Shown: positions 21,302 to 32,900 of the stretch, one piece after another | How the letters are laid out: every line of letters starts with the position of its first letter | Numbering within the stretch: position 1 is the stretch's first letter | NCBI GenBank assembly: GCA_900617105.1 | Contig: UYFQ01000022.1 | Coordinates: forward strand, 1 to 42,833 | Length of the DNA stretch: 42,833 bases | Reading direction: 5' to 3' | From: Hydrurus foetidus | Lineage: Eukaryota | Made by a program: the position numbers and the translations under genes | Notes under the pieces: model-generated | Told to the model about the DNA's origin: nothing | Databases searched by the model: none | What the model saw: only the letters and a program-made list of their open reading frames with translations

Positions 21302-21800
21302 TCCAATTGCCGTCAATTCTTCGGCAAGAATCGCCGAGGCCTTCGAGCCCAAGTCAGCTGGATTCTGACGTCGTCCGTGGAAAGCGCCAACTCTTCTTGG
21401 TCAACATTCGTTGTCCACCGCCAACCGCTCGTTGACCGCTGCTCGTTGGCCATCGATCGTCAATCAGTTGTTACAACGAGAGATTTCACTTCGGTGAATC
21501 CTCCCACCCTCGATAGCGCAACCAACGGACTTTTGCCTACTCTATCTCATATTCCCCTTCTAATCCATTCTTAAAACTTGGCTCCCGTTGTGAATGGGGG
21601 AAACCCCTTGCATTTTTTTTCCGGCACATATGTACCATCGACCCACCAATGTGTTATCGACCGAATTCTCAATGAAGGAAAGCACCATCGGTCGATTAAC
21701 CATCGCCACCACCACCATCATTTCCATCACTTCTTCACATGTTATTGGGCGTAATGATCTTGCCTTTGTCTGCTTGCCTGATGTCATGGCTCATCTTCAG
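21302..21800. repeat. Diverged direct copy of 15759-16235
   Basis: Shared colinear blocks CCGTCAATTCTT..AAGAATCG.CGAGGCCTTC, GAGATT..ACTTCGGTGA, CTTGGCTCCCGT.GTGAA.GGGGGAAACCC and TGCCTTTGTCTGCTT. Confidence 0.75.
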
Positions 21801-22204
21801 AAGCTGTGCAGCTCAGATTTCCGATATGTCTGACATTAACTGTATTATTCATGATAAAAATAAGAAAAGTCCAGTATACTGATATTTTCCTGCCTTCGAA
21901 TTTTACAAATATTGAATTATTGTTCGCAGATGGTATCTATTTACACGATGATTAAACGTCAAACTAGTTACAAAATTTGAGTACAGAATTTTAATTGATT
22001 TTTCGTGTTCTGTATTAGTCATCTTTGGTATCACGCACGCATACGCGTCCTATAGACATTACAGCATTACTTTAAGGTAAGCAAATAATCGATTTCAAAT
22101 TTACTGACAGCGAATAAAGATTTTATCAATGCTTTTGATCATGCAAGAGAGAGGCAATAGGTATAGGAGGGGTCCCCCCCCCCCCCAGTAGATAGACAAA
22201 TCTA

Positions 22205-24086
22205 CATGTGCACCAGAACGGATCAGGTTACACGACCCTCGCTCAATTTTGGAATTTAAAGAAAATCTGTATCATACTGGCTTGTGCCTCTTTTTTTGTA
22301 TTTTACGTATGTTATCAGTCTCACCGTGGTCAATAACTAAAGTATATCTATGCTATGATCCGCCATATCATAGCACAGAAGCCACTTCATCCATTGGCGA
22401 GTTGAGTTTCAGAAACTTGAAGCATTCAGTTACTCAGTAAGGTATGATACTGCGAAACGGACCTTCAAATCAATTTCAGAATTGAGTTCAGGACATCGAC
22501 TTCAAAATGTCTTCTGAGTCTGACAGCGATACCTCTTGAGTGACAACTTGCCTAGACTTCTCATGCTTTTTTATTCTTGCGATAGGCATCAGTTATGACT
22601 TTGCCTGAGTGATTAAGGTCGTCGTTTCGTTGGAAAAGGCTAAGAAGCTCTAGGTAAATGAGATGAATTTGAAGGTAGAGGCGGTGCTTATTCGGAGTCA
22701 TCTTTATTCTTCACAGCATTTTAATGCGTCTTTACAGAGCATCGTCCACCGAACATCGCTGACCTCACCGCCAATCATTTTGCAGAGCAGAGGCGGCGTA
22801 GAAGATGAAGAAATGTGACGCCGATTAAAATCATAGGAAAGATGTAGGAGTGCTAAACTCATGTTGATATCGTCACCTCATACACGCCAGATCTATCAAC
22901 GACGGCGTTCTTCACACCACTGTGTGTAGAAGACAGAGATTGGCATTATGACATTCTTTGGAGTACTCGAAGCATGCCATTTACTTTAAATACTGCGATC
23001 AAATTTTCTATGTTTTTGTACCGAACACCTTTTATTAATTTCAGTATAGAAACAAATATATAGAAGCACAGCAGGATAGGTAGACATTTCTGGTCTTAAT
23101 TAAAAGGGTGTGCGTCAATCCACAATACATCTCAATTCTTAATTTCAGATACAGTTTTGATATCAGAGCGAAGCTTGCATGCTTTGCCATGAAGCGCTCA
23201 GTTTAGCTCAGCCGTCACGGCTCCGAACGACTACACCGACTGGACCCACTCCGATACCACATCTTCTGTCTTGTCCTCCTTCTGTTTTCACTCGGAAGCC
23301 TTCTGGACAGCTAGTTCAATCGATCTGCAATGGATTTGATAGAGGGTGTAAGTCATAAAAAGAATCATTCATTGCATATTCTGCGAAAAGCTTCACTATC
23401 GGCGCTTCTGCGAAGTACATCATCATTCTGACAAATAAAGGAAGAATTCCTCTTAAAAGAACGACTTACTTTGCAGCCAATCACAACCATAATGGGTGAT
23501 AAAATATCACCACTTCCTCCACTTGAAAAAAATATAGTGGCGTTTGCGCCTGAGAGACCAGTTACGAGTGTTTCAAGTGAAGAATAAGCTCAAGTGATCA
23601 TTGATGTAACCACTCGCAAAGTCTCACCTTCAATTGATGCTCCCAGGCTGCGGAGAGATATCATTTATAGCTCCAAAAATGCTTCCTCACCGACCTCCTA
23701 AAAGTGATTTGCGTCAGCATTCAATGGACGTTAAAGTAGGAAGCAAAATCAGATTATTGTTCAAGACACATTCAAAGAGCCTTGTGTTGAAGAGAACGAC
23801 TCACCATTCAGTCCTTCATATCATTCGGCGACTCATTTTTTGCCAAAGGATGCCTTTGGAATCGGAGCAAACCAAAAATCTGGTGAGGCATTGAGCCCCA
23901 ACGCAACGACAGAGCCTCCTTGATCAATAAGTCTCGGTCACTTTCCGCACAAAGCTGATGACTCAAGTGCAGTGGTTGCTGAGTTCTACTTGTATCTATG
24001 ATGTGTAGATGTTGAGCACAATGCTCAGTATGGAGGAATCCTTAAATTCCATTTTCCGTGTAACCTGATCCGTTCTGGTGCACATG
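22205..24086. mobile_element. Non-autonomous TIR element, CATG termini (possibly P-like)
   Basis: Perfect 30-bp TIRs CATGTGCACCAGAACGGATCAGGTTACACG at 22205-22234 and 24057-24086. No long ORF and no clear TSD. Confidence 0.75.
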
Positions 24087-24094
24087 GTCACTAG

Positions 24095-24358
24095 TGTCAT
24101 TGTTTTGTATACACATACACTGTACAACCATCCAACACGTTGAAGTTCCACCATCTCGACATTGAAGTCCCAACATTTCAACATTGAAGTTCTAACATTT
24201 CAACATTGAAGTGCATAGCATTCGACATCGCATGATTCACAATTCACATAATTACAATCGTTCATTCATTCACATCTCACACAATCTTTTAACCAGTAAA
24301 CCTTTAAGCAATTCTGTTTCTACCGATTCCTTTCCGGTTTTGGTCCCGATTCCTGACA
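24095..24358 (+). repeat. Copia 5' LTR (264 bp)
   Basis: Repeat of 29746-29957 plus 33699-33750; contains internal ACATTGAAGT repeats. Confidence 0.93.
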
Positions 24359-24400
24359 ATTGCTTAAGGTTCAAAGCATCATCCCATCCTCTGCAGCAAT

Positions 24401-25636
24401 ATGCTATCCACCGCAACCTCATTGGCACCAGCGCCACTTCTCGACCTCCATCAAGACAACTGGTCCACATGGAACCAGTCTCTGAAACTATTATGCTTCA
24501 CCAAATTTGGCGTCGCAGGCAACCAAATCCTCACCGATCGACTCATCCCTCTACATCCATTCGCAAACGAACCAACCAAGAACGATCTCGACCTCGATCC
24601 TGCTGGCACACCAATCCCAGGAGAATACATTTACCAACGCCGCACTCCACCCGAAGGCGAACCAGCCGGCAACGCACTCCACCTCCAACTCAGCACCCAA
24701 GGCAACACCAACTACCGCGACGACAAGAAGATCTTCAATGATGCCCAACGGCGCTTTTCAGACCAAGACACCGATTGCCTCGATCATCTCTACAGACACA
24801 TATCTCTTGCCTCCCACATCGCCATCAAAACACATGCTAATTACCCTGCATACCAACTGCTGGCAATCGGAGCGCGCAGCTACGCCTTTTACGTCATGAT
24901 CCGGGGCATCCACTCCATCGGCAACGCAGCAACCAAGCTTCATCGCACACGCAACTACATGAACATTACACAATCTGACCTACCCCACGAAGCCTACATC
25001 GACCTTGTCAACTCAATGACAGAGACATTCAAATTGGATTTCGAATCCACCGTCCATCCTGGCTTTGTATCCATCCCAGAGCTCACCAGCTTCCTATATC
25101 TCGCTGGCCTCAACCGTACTGAGTTCCGCCGCGCACTAGATGAACTCCTCCACAACCACCCAACTGGCCGCTTTCCTGATCCTACAGCCCTAATGTCACA
25201 ACTCCAGGCCTGGAAAATCGCCAACTCACTCTCCTTCACCCGCGACGACGTGTCCACTCAAGGCTCTGCCCTTCTTGCGTCCCAACCCATCACCACTCGC
25301 ACCAAATCTCCAGCTGCCAAGACTGCAGGCAACATCCCCAACGCCCCTAAGCCCCATCTTCACCCAACTCCATGCACCTGGTGTCTAGCTAAAGATAAGA
25401 TCCAACGCTTCGGTCACCTCTCCGCACATTGCTCTAAGAACCCCAACCGCGTACCAAACCCAAACTCAACCTCTCCTCCGCAACCATCGTCCCACTACCC
25501 CTCCAGCACATCGCAGCGTCTTCGAGCACTCCTTACCCAACTTGATCTCGCAGCCACCCCAGATGCATCCAACGCGGCCATGCTCCTCATCGCCGAGGCC
25601 GCCATCGAGGCTTCAGAATACGTAGACACCGCCTGA
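24401..25636 (+). CDS. Copia Gag
   Basis: 411-aa ORF just after the LTR. NWSTWNQSL N-terminal motif and a variant zinc knuckle CTWC-x8-GHLSAHC. Ends in TGA followed by CTAG. Confidence 0.85.
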   Translation: MLSTATSLAPAPLLDLHQDNWSTWNQSLKLLCFTKFGVAGNQILTDRLIPLHPFANEPTKNDLDLDPAGTPIPGEYIYQRRTPPEGEPAGNALHLQLSTQGNTNYRDDKKIFNDAQRRFSDQDTDCLDHLYRHISLASHIAIKTHANYPAYQLLAIGARSYAFYVMIRGIHSIGNAATKLHRTRNYMNITQSDLPHEAYIDLVNSMTETFKLDFESTVHPGFVSIPELTSFLYLAGLNRTEFRRALDELLHNHPTGRFPDPTALMSQLQAWKIANSLSFTRDDVSTQGSALLASQPITTRTKSPAAKTAGNIPNAPKPHLHPTPCTWCLAKDKIQRFGHLSAHCSKNPNRVPNPNSTSPPQPSSHYPSSTSQRLRALLTQLDLAATPDASNAAMLLIAEAAIEASEYVDTA

Positions 25637-28600
25637 CTAGGATCCAACCCTGCCATCAACCTCTGTCACGCATCAAATCCCTCCGCCCTGTTCTCCAGTC
25701 CTCTCGCTCTCGCCTCCCCTACAGCAATCCCTTCAACACCCAACGCCTCGTATTGGGACAACGCATGCTCTTTTCATACAGTCAACGACGCCTCGCTCCT
25801 CTACAATATGATCCCACTCGCCACGCCCTTCTCCATCGGAGTAGTAGGTGGATCATGTCCAGTCACACATAGCGGCCGTCTCCTCTGCCTCCCCACTACA
25901 AAGTCCATGAACTCAGCATACTTCTCCCCCACCATACCCGTCAATCTCCTCAGTCTCGGCCAACTTCAAAGATGTGGAGCCTCATACAGCCCTGATCCTC
26001 TCCGTCCCCACACTCACATTTCCATCCTCTCTTCACCATCCGGTCCCCTCCTAGCGCATGCAACTCTAACCGCACACAACCTACTACCAGTCGACTTCGC
26101 CGCACTCCACCACGCCTCTACGTTGTCTCCCGCAGCATACTACCAACCCCTCGCTATGTCCACCACCTTCCCCACCCTTCATGCTAACGCCGAACAAAGG
26201 GCACGCGCTGATGCAGCAGAAGAACTCCACAATGATCTCTGCCACCCATCTGACCGCAGCCTCTGCGCCAACCTCTCCACGGGCAAGCTCCCCTTCAGTA
26301 CCCTCACATGCACCGATGTCACCCTCAACCGCCAACTTCGAGGCCCCTGCCCCCATTGTACAGCGGGTAAACACCGCAACCCCTCTCATCCTCCTTCAAC
26401 AAGCGCTCCCGCAACCTCCGTCGGTGCTGTTATCAGCTTTGATCCACAGCTACTCCCCGAACCATCCCCGGGCATGCATACACACGAGATCATACTAGTC
26501 GACGAATTCACAGGACATATTTCCGTGATTGGCTCCTCCTCGAAATCAACTCCCGCCATGTTCAAAGCCCTACAGCACATCATATCCGTCACATACAACT
26601 CAAATCGCCACCGAGTCCAAACACTACACGGCGACTGCGAGAAAGTGAATACATCACTCGCAAGCCCACTCGGTTCGCTAGGGATAACACTTCAGACATC
26701 ACCTCCTGGTGAGCACGCTGCCCGTGTTGAACGCTCAATTCTTACCATCCGGCAAATCACCACTGCCACACTATCAGCACTACCGTACCACCTCCCACTA
26801 AAGTACACCCTTCACCTACACAAAGCCATCGCTGCTGTCCGCAATACTCTAATGAACACCCGCAGCGCCCCATCAACTCCAGATGAGCTCCTCCGAGGCT
26901 ATAAACCCACCCGACGCCCCTTTCCTTTCGGCCGCTGTTGCATGGTAACTCAACATCCCGACAAACGCCATGCCCTTGCTCGCAACAACCACACCGCAGC
27001 CAATGCCGAACCCAAAGCTGAACTTGGAGTTTGCATGGGCCCAGATATCCTCACAGGCCGTACGCTTTTCCTCCTTGCTAACGGCTCCATTGTTCCCAGA
27101 AGACCTACCACCCCTTTCCCACAACACTTTGTACCTTTCGATTGGACCTCCAAGACATACGTTATCCAATCAACAATTCCAGACTACGAACTCCCACCAG
27201 TTGCTAGCACTCCAAATGAGGTCATCCAACTACCAGGCATCGCTCACACTGAAGCCATAGCTACAGTCACCGGTTACATTCCATCTCCGCTACCCGCTGA
27301 CCTCCACTCCTCCCTCTTGATGCCCCAACCTCAACTACACCAAGACTACATACCCGTGCTTCAGCTCCAACTTTTGCACCAACACCAACACCAACACCAG
27401 CACCAGCACCAACACCAACACCAGCACCAACACCAACACCAGCACCAACACCAGCACCAGCACACCAGCACCAGCACCAGCACCAACACCAACACCAACA
27501 CCAACACCACACCACACCAACACCAACACCAACACCAACACCAACACCAGCACCACACCAGCACCAACACAACACCAACACCAACACCAACACCAACACC
27601 AACACCAACACCAACACCAACACCAGCACCAACACCAACACCAACACCAACACCAGCACCAACACCAACACCAACACCAACACCAACACCAACACCAACA
27701 CCAACACCAACACCAACACCAACACCAACACCAACACCAACACCAACACCAACACCAACACTTCTCGGGGCACTACTACCCAACCTACCTCCCGAGACAC
27801 CAGCCGCACTACGTAGGTCACCTAGGGCCTCACACCCAACTAACTTTTGGAAGGACTGCTTTAGCACTCCTTTGATAAAGTCGAACCCATCTATCTCTGC
27901 CTACATCAATGCAATTCAACGCAAGCTTGATAATGCTAAACTGGCAGCGGCTAGAAACAAGCAACACAGACTCAACAACCCCTCCAACACTCCCCTGAAC
28001 AATAGGCATACTGAGTTCCAACCGCAACCCCTACCCAGCTCACGTGCAGAAATGTCCATTCGCAAAGCCTCATTACTCCTTCCCACGGCCGATGTTGCCA
28101 CAGGAATTTCAAAAGAACTAGGAAAACATTTCGACACATACCAGTCCCTAACTCTCATTCCTCAGTCGAGTGTCGAAACAAAGGCAATCTTTCTTCGCAG
28201 CCAAATGCTCATTAAGAAAAAGTCCAACGGCCTTGTTACCGCCCGCCTAGCCATCGACGGCAGTCGCCAGCCGCCAGAATCCTACAACAACACCTACGCA
28301 GGCACTTCCGACACCACCAACCGTGCTTTCATACTAAGTGCCTACTTAGCAGATGCCTCCCATCGCAGTTGTCTTGACCGCCTCCTCCTAGGCGACTTCG
28401 ACTTCCCTGGAGCCTTTCTCCACAACAAGCTTACACGTGATATGACCAACGGGCATCAACTCATTGCCATCCTTCCACCAGACCTTCCAAGCCCCCTTGC
28501 AGGCAAGCTTGCAGAGATAACTGGCTGCTGCTACGGCATAAAGCAAGCTAACCACGAATACGATAAAGATCTAATACATACCCTCACAGAAGCTGGATTC

Positions 28601-29659
28601 ATCCCCACTGCATCAGATCACCATAGTTTTCACAAGCGATGTCCCGTCAATACTGACGACTCACTCACTCTTAATATGCACGTTGACGACGGCTGGTATG
28701 TAACAACATCCACTACTCTACAAAATGAACTAAAACACATCCTACAGACTCGCTACGGCACAATTGCATTCAACGATGCCTCCACAGGCGTCTGTGGTGT
28801 CCGCCTTACCCGACATTCTGACCACTCCTGCACTCTAGATCAAGGCGCACACATAATCAAGTTCCTCCACCAATCAGGAATGGACCTTGTCCCACCCGCT
28901 CTCACTCCCTCCACCTCCAATTTTTTCGATGCTCCAACTGACCTAACCCCCGTCGACCGCACACGCTTTCTACGAATCAATGGAACCCTCGTATTCCTTC
29001 TTCCTATTCGCCACGATATCCGCAAAGAAGTCGTCCATCTTTGTACCCGCAACTCTGCACCAACTCAATCAGACCTCTCCAAACAAATCCATCTCCTTCG
29101 CTACCTAAAAGGCTGCCCTAACCTCGGCCCAACCTACTCCACCGACCCACTTGCTTTCACATCCGGCGTCACCATCTTCGCGGCTGCAGACTCCTCACAC
29201 GCATGCCATCCAGATGGTCACTCCCACTCTGCTTACACCATCCAAATAGGCACAGTTAATGCACCCTTCGTTGTCCACTCCTCAGCGGAAACATCAGGTA
29301 TCGCCCTCAGCCCCTGTGAAGCAGAATACCTTGCACTCGGTCGCTGCGCCAAAGATGTCGTTTTCTTTCGACAGTTCGCTGCTGACATAGGATTCCCACA
29401 ACACCAACCCACTACCATACTTGAAGACAATCAACCCGCCATTAACCTGACCACAGCCAATCAAATTACACGCAAATCGCGCCACATAGCCCTTAAATCA
29501 CATTACGTCCGCTGGCTATTTAAGACAAACCAAATTGCACCCCGCCACATAAGCACTCATGATATGATAGCGGATGGGCTCACTAAAACTCTATCCCCTT
29601 CTAAATTCCTATGGTTTCGGAGCCAACTGTTAAATATTCCGTCAACTCGTAAAACATAG
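25637..29659 (+). CDS. Copia Pol (PR-IN-RT-RNaseH), in frame with gag after one TGA
   Basis: The frame is open from 25637. It contains protease YWDNACSFH (upstream of the first ATG at 25808), integrase HNDLCH/CPHC and D-D-E (SFD, HGD, VER), [19 protein letters not shown], and RNase H ADSS/EAEY/EDN/ADGLTK. Confidence 0.92.
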   Translation, partial: LGSNPAINLCHASNPSALFSSPLALASPTAIPSTPNASYWDNACSFHTVNDASLLYNMIPLATPFSIGVVGGSCPVTHSGRLLCLPTTKSMNSAYFSPTIPVNLLSLGQLQRCGASYSPDPLRPHTHISILSSPSGPLLAHATLTAHNLLPVDFAALHHASTLSPAAYYQPLAMSTTFPTLHANAEQRARADAAEELHNDLCHPSDRSLCANLSTGKLPFSTLTCTDVTLNRQLRGPCPHCTAGKHRNPSHPPSTSAPATSVGAVISFDPQLLPEPSPGMHTHEIILVDEFTGHISVIGSSSKSTPAMFKALQHIISVTYNSNRHRVQTLHGDCEKVNTSLASPLGSLGITLQTSPPGEHAARVERSILTIRQITTATLSALPYHLPLKYTLHLHKAIAAVRNTLMNTRSAPSTPDELLRGYKPTRRPFPFGRCCMVTQHPDKRHALARNNHTAANAEPKAELGVCMGPDILTGRTLFLLANGSIVPRRPTTPFPQHFVPFDWTSKTYVIQSTIPDYELPPVASTPNEVIQLPGIAHTEAIATVTGYIPSPLPADLHSSLLMPQPQLHQDYIPVLQLQLLHQHQHQHQHQHQHQHQHQHQHQHQHQHQHTSTSTSTNTNTNTNTTPHQHQHQHQHQHQHHTSTNTTPTPTPTPTPTPTPTPTPAPTPTPTPTPAPTPTPTPTPTPTPTPTPTPTPTPTPTPTPTPTPTLLGALLPNLPPETPAALRRSPRASHPTNFWKDCFSTPLIKSNPSISAYINAIQRKLDNAKLAAARNKQHRLNNPSNTPLNNRHTEFQPQPLPSSRAEMSIRKASLLLPTADVATGISKELGKHFDTYQSLTLIPQSSVETKAIFLRSQMLIKKKSNGLVTARLAIDGSRQPPESYNNTYAGTSDTTNRAFILSAYLADASHRSCLDRLLLGDFDFPGAFLHNKLTRDMTNGHQLIAILPPDLPSPLAGKLAEITGCCYGIKQANHEYDKDLIHTLTEAGFIPTASDHHSFHKRCPVNTDDSLTLNMHVDDGWYVTTSTTLQNELKHILQTRYGTIAFNDASTGVCGVRLTRHSDHSCTLDQGAHIIKFLHQSGMDLVPPALTPSTSNFFDAPTDLTPVDRTRFLRINGTLVFLLPIRHDIRKEVVHLCTRNSAPTQSDLSKQIHLLRYLKGCPNLGPTYSTDPLAFTSGVTIFAAADSSHACHPDGHSHSAYTIQIGTVNAPFVVHSSAETSGIALSPCEAEYLALGRCAKDVVFFRQFAADIGFPQHQPTTILEDNQPAINLTTANQITRKSRHIALKSHYVRWLFKTNQIAPRHISTHDMIADGLTKTLSPSKFLWFRSQLLNIPSTRKT
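27377..27761 (+). repeat. (CACCAA/CACCAG)n hexamer microsatellite within pol
   Basis: About 385 bp encoding HQ, TS/TN and TP dipeptide runs between integrase and RT. Confidence 0.95.
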
Positions 29660-29745
29660 TACCACTAACTCTTCCACCTAATCCTTACCTGTATTCCTAT
29701 TTTCATTTAAGCTACACACTCTTTAGCATATAGCTTACCGGCGCA

Positions 29746-29957
29746 TGTCATTGTTTTGTATACACATACACTGTACAACCATCCAACACGTTGAAGTTCC
29801 ACCATCTCGACATTGAAGTCCCAACATTTCAACATTGAAGTTCTAACATTTCAACATTGAAGTGCATAGCATTCGACATCGCATGATTCACAATTCACAT
29901 AATTACAATCGTTCATTCATTCACATCTCACACAATCTTTTAACCAGTAAACCTTTA
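29746..29957 (+). repeat. Copia 3' LTR, left piece
   Basis: Matches 24095-24306; broken at ...AACCTTTA by a DNA transposon. Confidence 0.92.
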
Positions 29958-32900
29958 CAGGCTGGTGACAGGAAGACCCGAAAAAACATGTACTTTTCCG
30001 TTTCCCAAAAAATTGACCGGATAACTTTTGACCGGAGACAGCTCAAACGACGCGTAATTTCCTACTGTATCCGGCAGTGTGGTTGCATTTTCAAAATTCG
30101 AATTATTTACTGATAAATTGATGATTTTTCAAATCGACTTGCAAGATCATGCCTCGCAACTTGTTCTAAATCGATAGATGTCATAATGCAACTGCGCTAT
30201 GTTGCAGAAGGCGGATAGCTGCTTCGGCCGATAACTTCACATCTTCATACCTCTCTATGGATTTTTTGGGAAATCACTTTCAGTTTCTCCTTGCCTCCTC
30301 TAAGGGGGTGTAAGCCCAATAGTGATGACGAGTAGGACATTTATAGTCGTTCCTGACGGTAAAAGCTTCAGAATTCACGTCAGGACAGTCTACGAGAAAA
30401 GCAGCAAGAGGCGGCTTGAAGAAGTTCGTGGCTATCCAACTGAGAACTCAGCTCAAAACGATCTGAAGAGGCTAAAGTCACACCTCCTTGATAATGGAAG
30501 AGCTGTGAAGACGTTTCAGAAGAATTTCAGCAATGAATGGAATTGCAAGAACACTGCCGAAGTTCAGAGCTATCGTGCAGCTATAGCTCCTTTGAAGGGG
30601 GTTATCATGATGAGGAGGAACCATAATCTCAATAGAGAGTACTCTCTCTATGTCAAACTCATGGTGGCATCCCAAACTGCCTATGATGCAAGAGAAATTT
30701 GGGAGAAGAATTTTGCTGATGATGCCGGCATGAAAGAGAGGCTATTACGACGACACGCCAGAGACCCAAAGGTTCTTCATGCGAGCATAATCAAAGGCAT
30801 GCTATCTATCGAAGCATCTACATCGTTGGATTCTATCCGATGCTCCATCATATATTTCAATGAGCGCTCTGTAACGCTTAATTCACAGCTATCGGAAGCA
30901 AACAGCAAACTCTTGACTTTACGAAAGGCTATGTACAGCGGAGAAACGTTCAGGCTGTTGCTGCGAGCAAAGTTTGAGGATGAGGAAAGCAACAAGGAGT
31001 TCATTGACTTGACTGTTGATGATGCATTTACGATGACGAACACATCGAAATCACAATTGGTGAGGTCAATTCTACAGTGCTCTGTTACAGAAAAGATATA
31101 CACTTCGTTGAGGGGCAAGATGAAAGAGGAGTTGCAACTACTCCAGGATATCCTCGTTCAGGTGGGAGATGTCCGCTCTGATCTACGAGAGTCGGAAGAG
31201 AAAATTGAGCGTCATTGGCAGCGCATTAAGCACTGCAAAAGAACGAACTCTATGATACATATAGTGGAGAGGGTTGCTTCTGATACCGGTAATGTGATTG
31301 GATCCGCTACGATCACAAGGTGGTTTAATGACTTCAAGAAGCTTGGATCATTCAAGGAGGATATGCGGGGCTGTTATCAGCGCCGCTTCTTTTTAGAGGA
31401 GCATGGTTTACTACGGCAATTCAAGCTGTATTTGAAAAACGAGAGATCTTTGACAGTGGACGCCGCTAAGAGAAGTTTGGAACATCTCATCGAGATAAAT
31501 GCTGCCAAAGATGCATCAACTGAGCAGGACAAGTTGTCACTATTACCTCTCAACAGACGAACAGTGCATCGCTGGATGCTTCAATGCGGTTGCAAATATG
31601 AAAAAGCAACGGTGTCATATTACACAGACTCGCACGAAGCTGAAGAGACGAAGAAAGATTTCAGAGAAAGGTAATACATGACAATCTATCAGCTATCAAA
31701 CAGCATTCAAAACGTATTCACTATAAAGGATCTAACAGCATTCATGTGGCAGGTATGGTCCAAATCAGGTGAGACTGTCCCTTCGGATGCCTGTGTGGGT
31801 CAGTGTCCCCCTATCATCTGCTACTCCAGTCGCTATGGCCAATAGGTCACTGGCTATTTCATTGAACCAGTTCCCCGACGACGTCTCCGAGTTGTCCGAC
31901 GGTGCTGAAGTGAAAGTGCATGTGGATTTCTTGAGTGAAGACTATCACACGCAGTACAGAACATCGAGTCTTAACAGCAAGGGATATCCCGGAGACTACT
32001 ACTTTGAGAAGGGTGATGAAAGATGGACTATGTTCAAATGCTTACATCGTCACGAGAAGTCTACGTGCAAGTGTTGCTGTCCTCTATACCATATTGGCCA
32101 GGACGAGGCTGTCTTCAAGCAAAATGCTTTGCCGGCATACTTCTGGTCTGTGAATGGAAGAAGTAAATTGCGTCCAAAGACGGAGGGACAGGGGATCATG
32201 GTTAGTGCTGTTTGGGATGAGTTCAGAGGTTTTGGATTGCCGCTGACCAGCGAAGAAGTCGAGAAGGTTAATCGCGCAAGAGAGACATCAGGCATTCCTC
32301 TTATCAAAGAGGGTGAATCACCTGGGCTGATATTTTTCCAGTACGGGAATGCGAAAGGAAAGCAGGGGTACTGGGATGGAGCAAAGTTTCAAGTGCAATG
32401 CGCCGATTTCATCGATGTCATCGAAACGCTCCATCCCAATATGCAGATTCTGCTTGAGGTCGACCATTCCTCTGGGCACCTGAAGGAACAATCGGATGGC
32501 CTCACAGTCAGCACGATGAATGTTAAGTGGGGTGGTAAATCGATTGCGAAACGAGACACAGTTATAGAGGAAGGCTGCCTCGGTCCAGATCCTCCAGAAA
32601 TCAACGGCATCAAACTCACCATTGGCGCCACCCAGCACATGATATTTGAGGCTGGTCATCCGGGACCATACTTTGAGAAGACAGCGTCCAGAGCTGACAG
32701 AGAGATGACAGAGAAAGAGAAAGTCTCAGCGTTAAAGAAATTCGAGAGGGCACAGGAACAAAGGAAGAAGAGCGCCGAACGAGATGGGTTGCAGATGGAA
32801 GAGGAAATAGATTCTCAGTCGTCATTCATCGTTAAAGGTTTTGAGGGGCAGAACAAAGGCATACTTCAGATACTATACGAGAGAGGCCTGTATGTGGAGG

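Noticed and set aside
15146..24092. 12-bp inverted match AGTGACCATGTG / CACATGGTCACT as element ends
   Set aside because: Short enough to occur by chance, and 24057-24086 already pairs perfectly with 22205-22234.
24211..24899. Alternative-frame ORFs over the Copia LTR and gag, and the 29862-30113 ORF
   Set aside because: Products of C/A-rich composition; they start in LTR sequence and have no domain features.
27377..27761. Interstitial telomere repeat
   Set aside because: TTGGTG is not a telomere motif I can support, and the array lies in frame within pol.
27267..27867. Minus-strand VL/GV/WC-repeat ORFs
   Set aside because: Shadow translations of the (CACCAA)n microsatellite.
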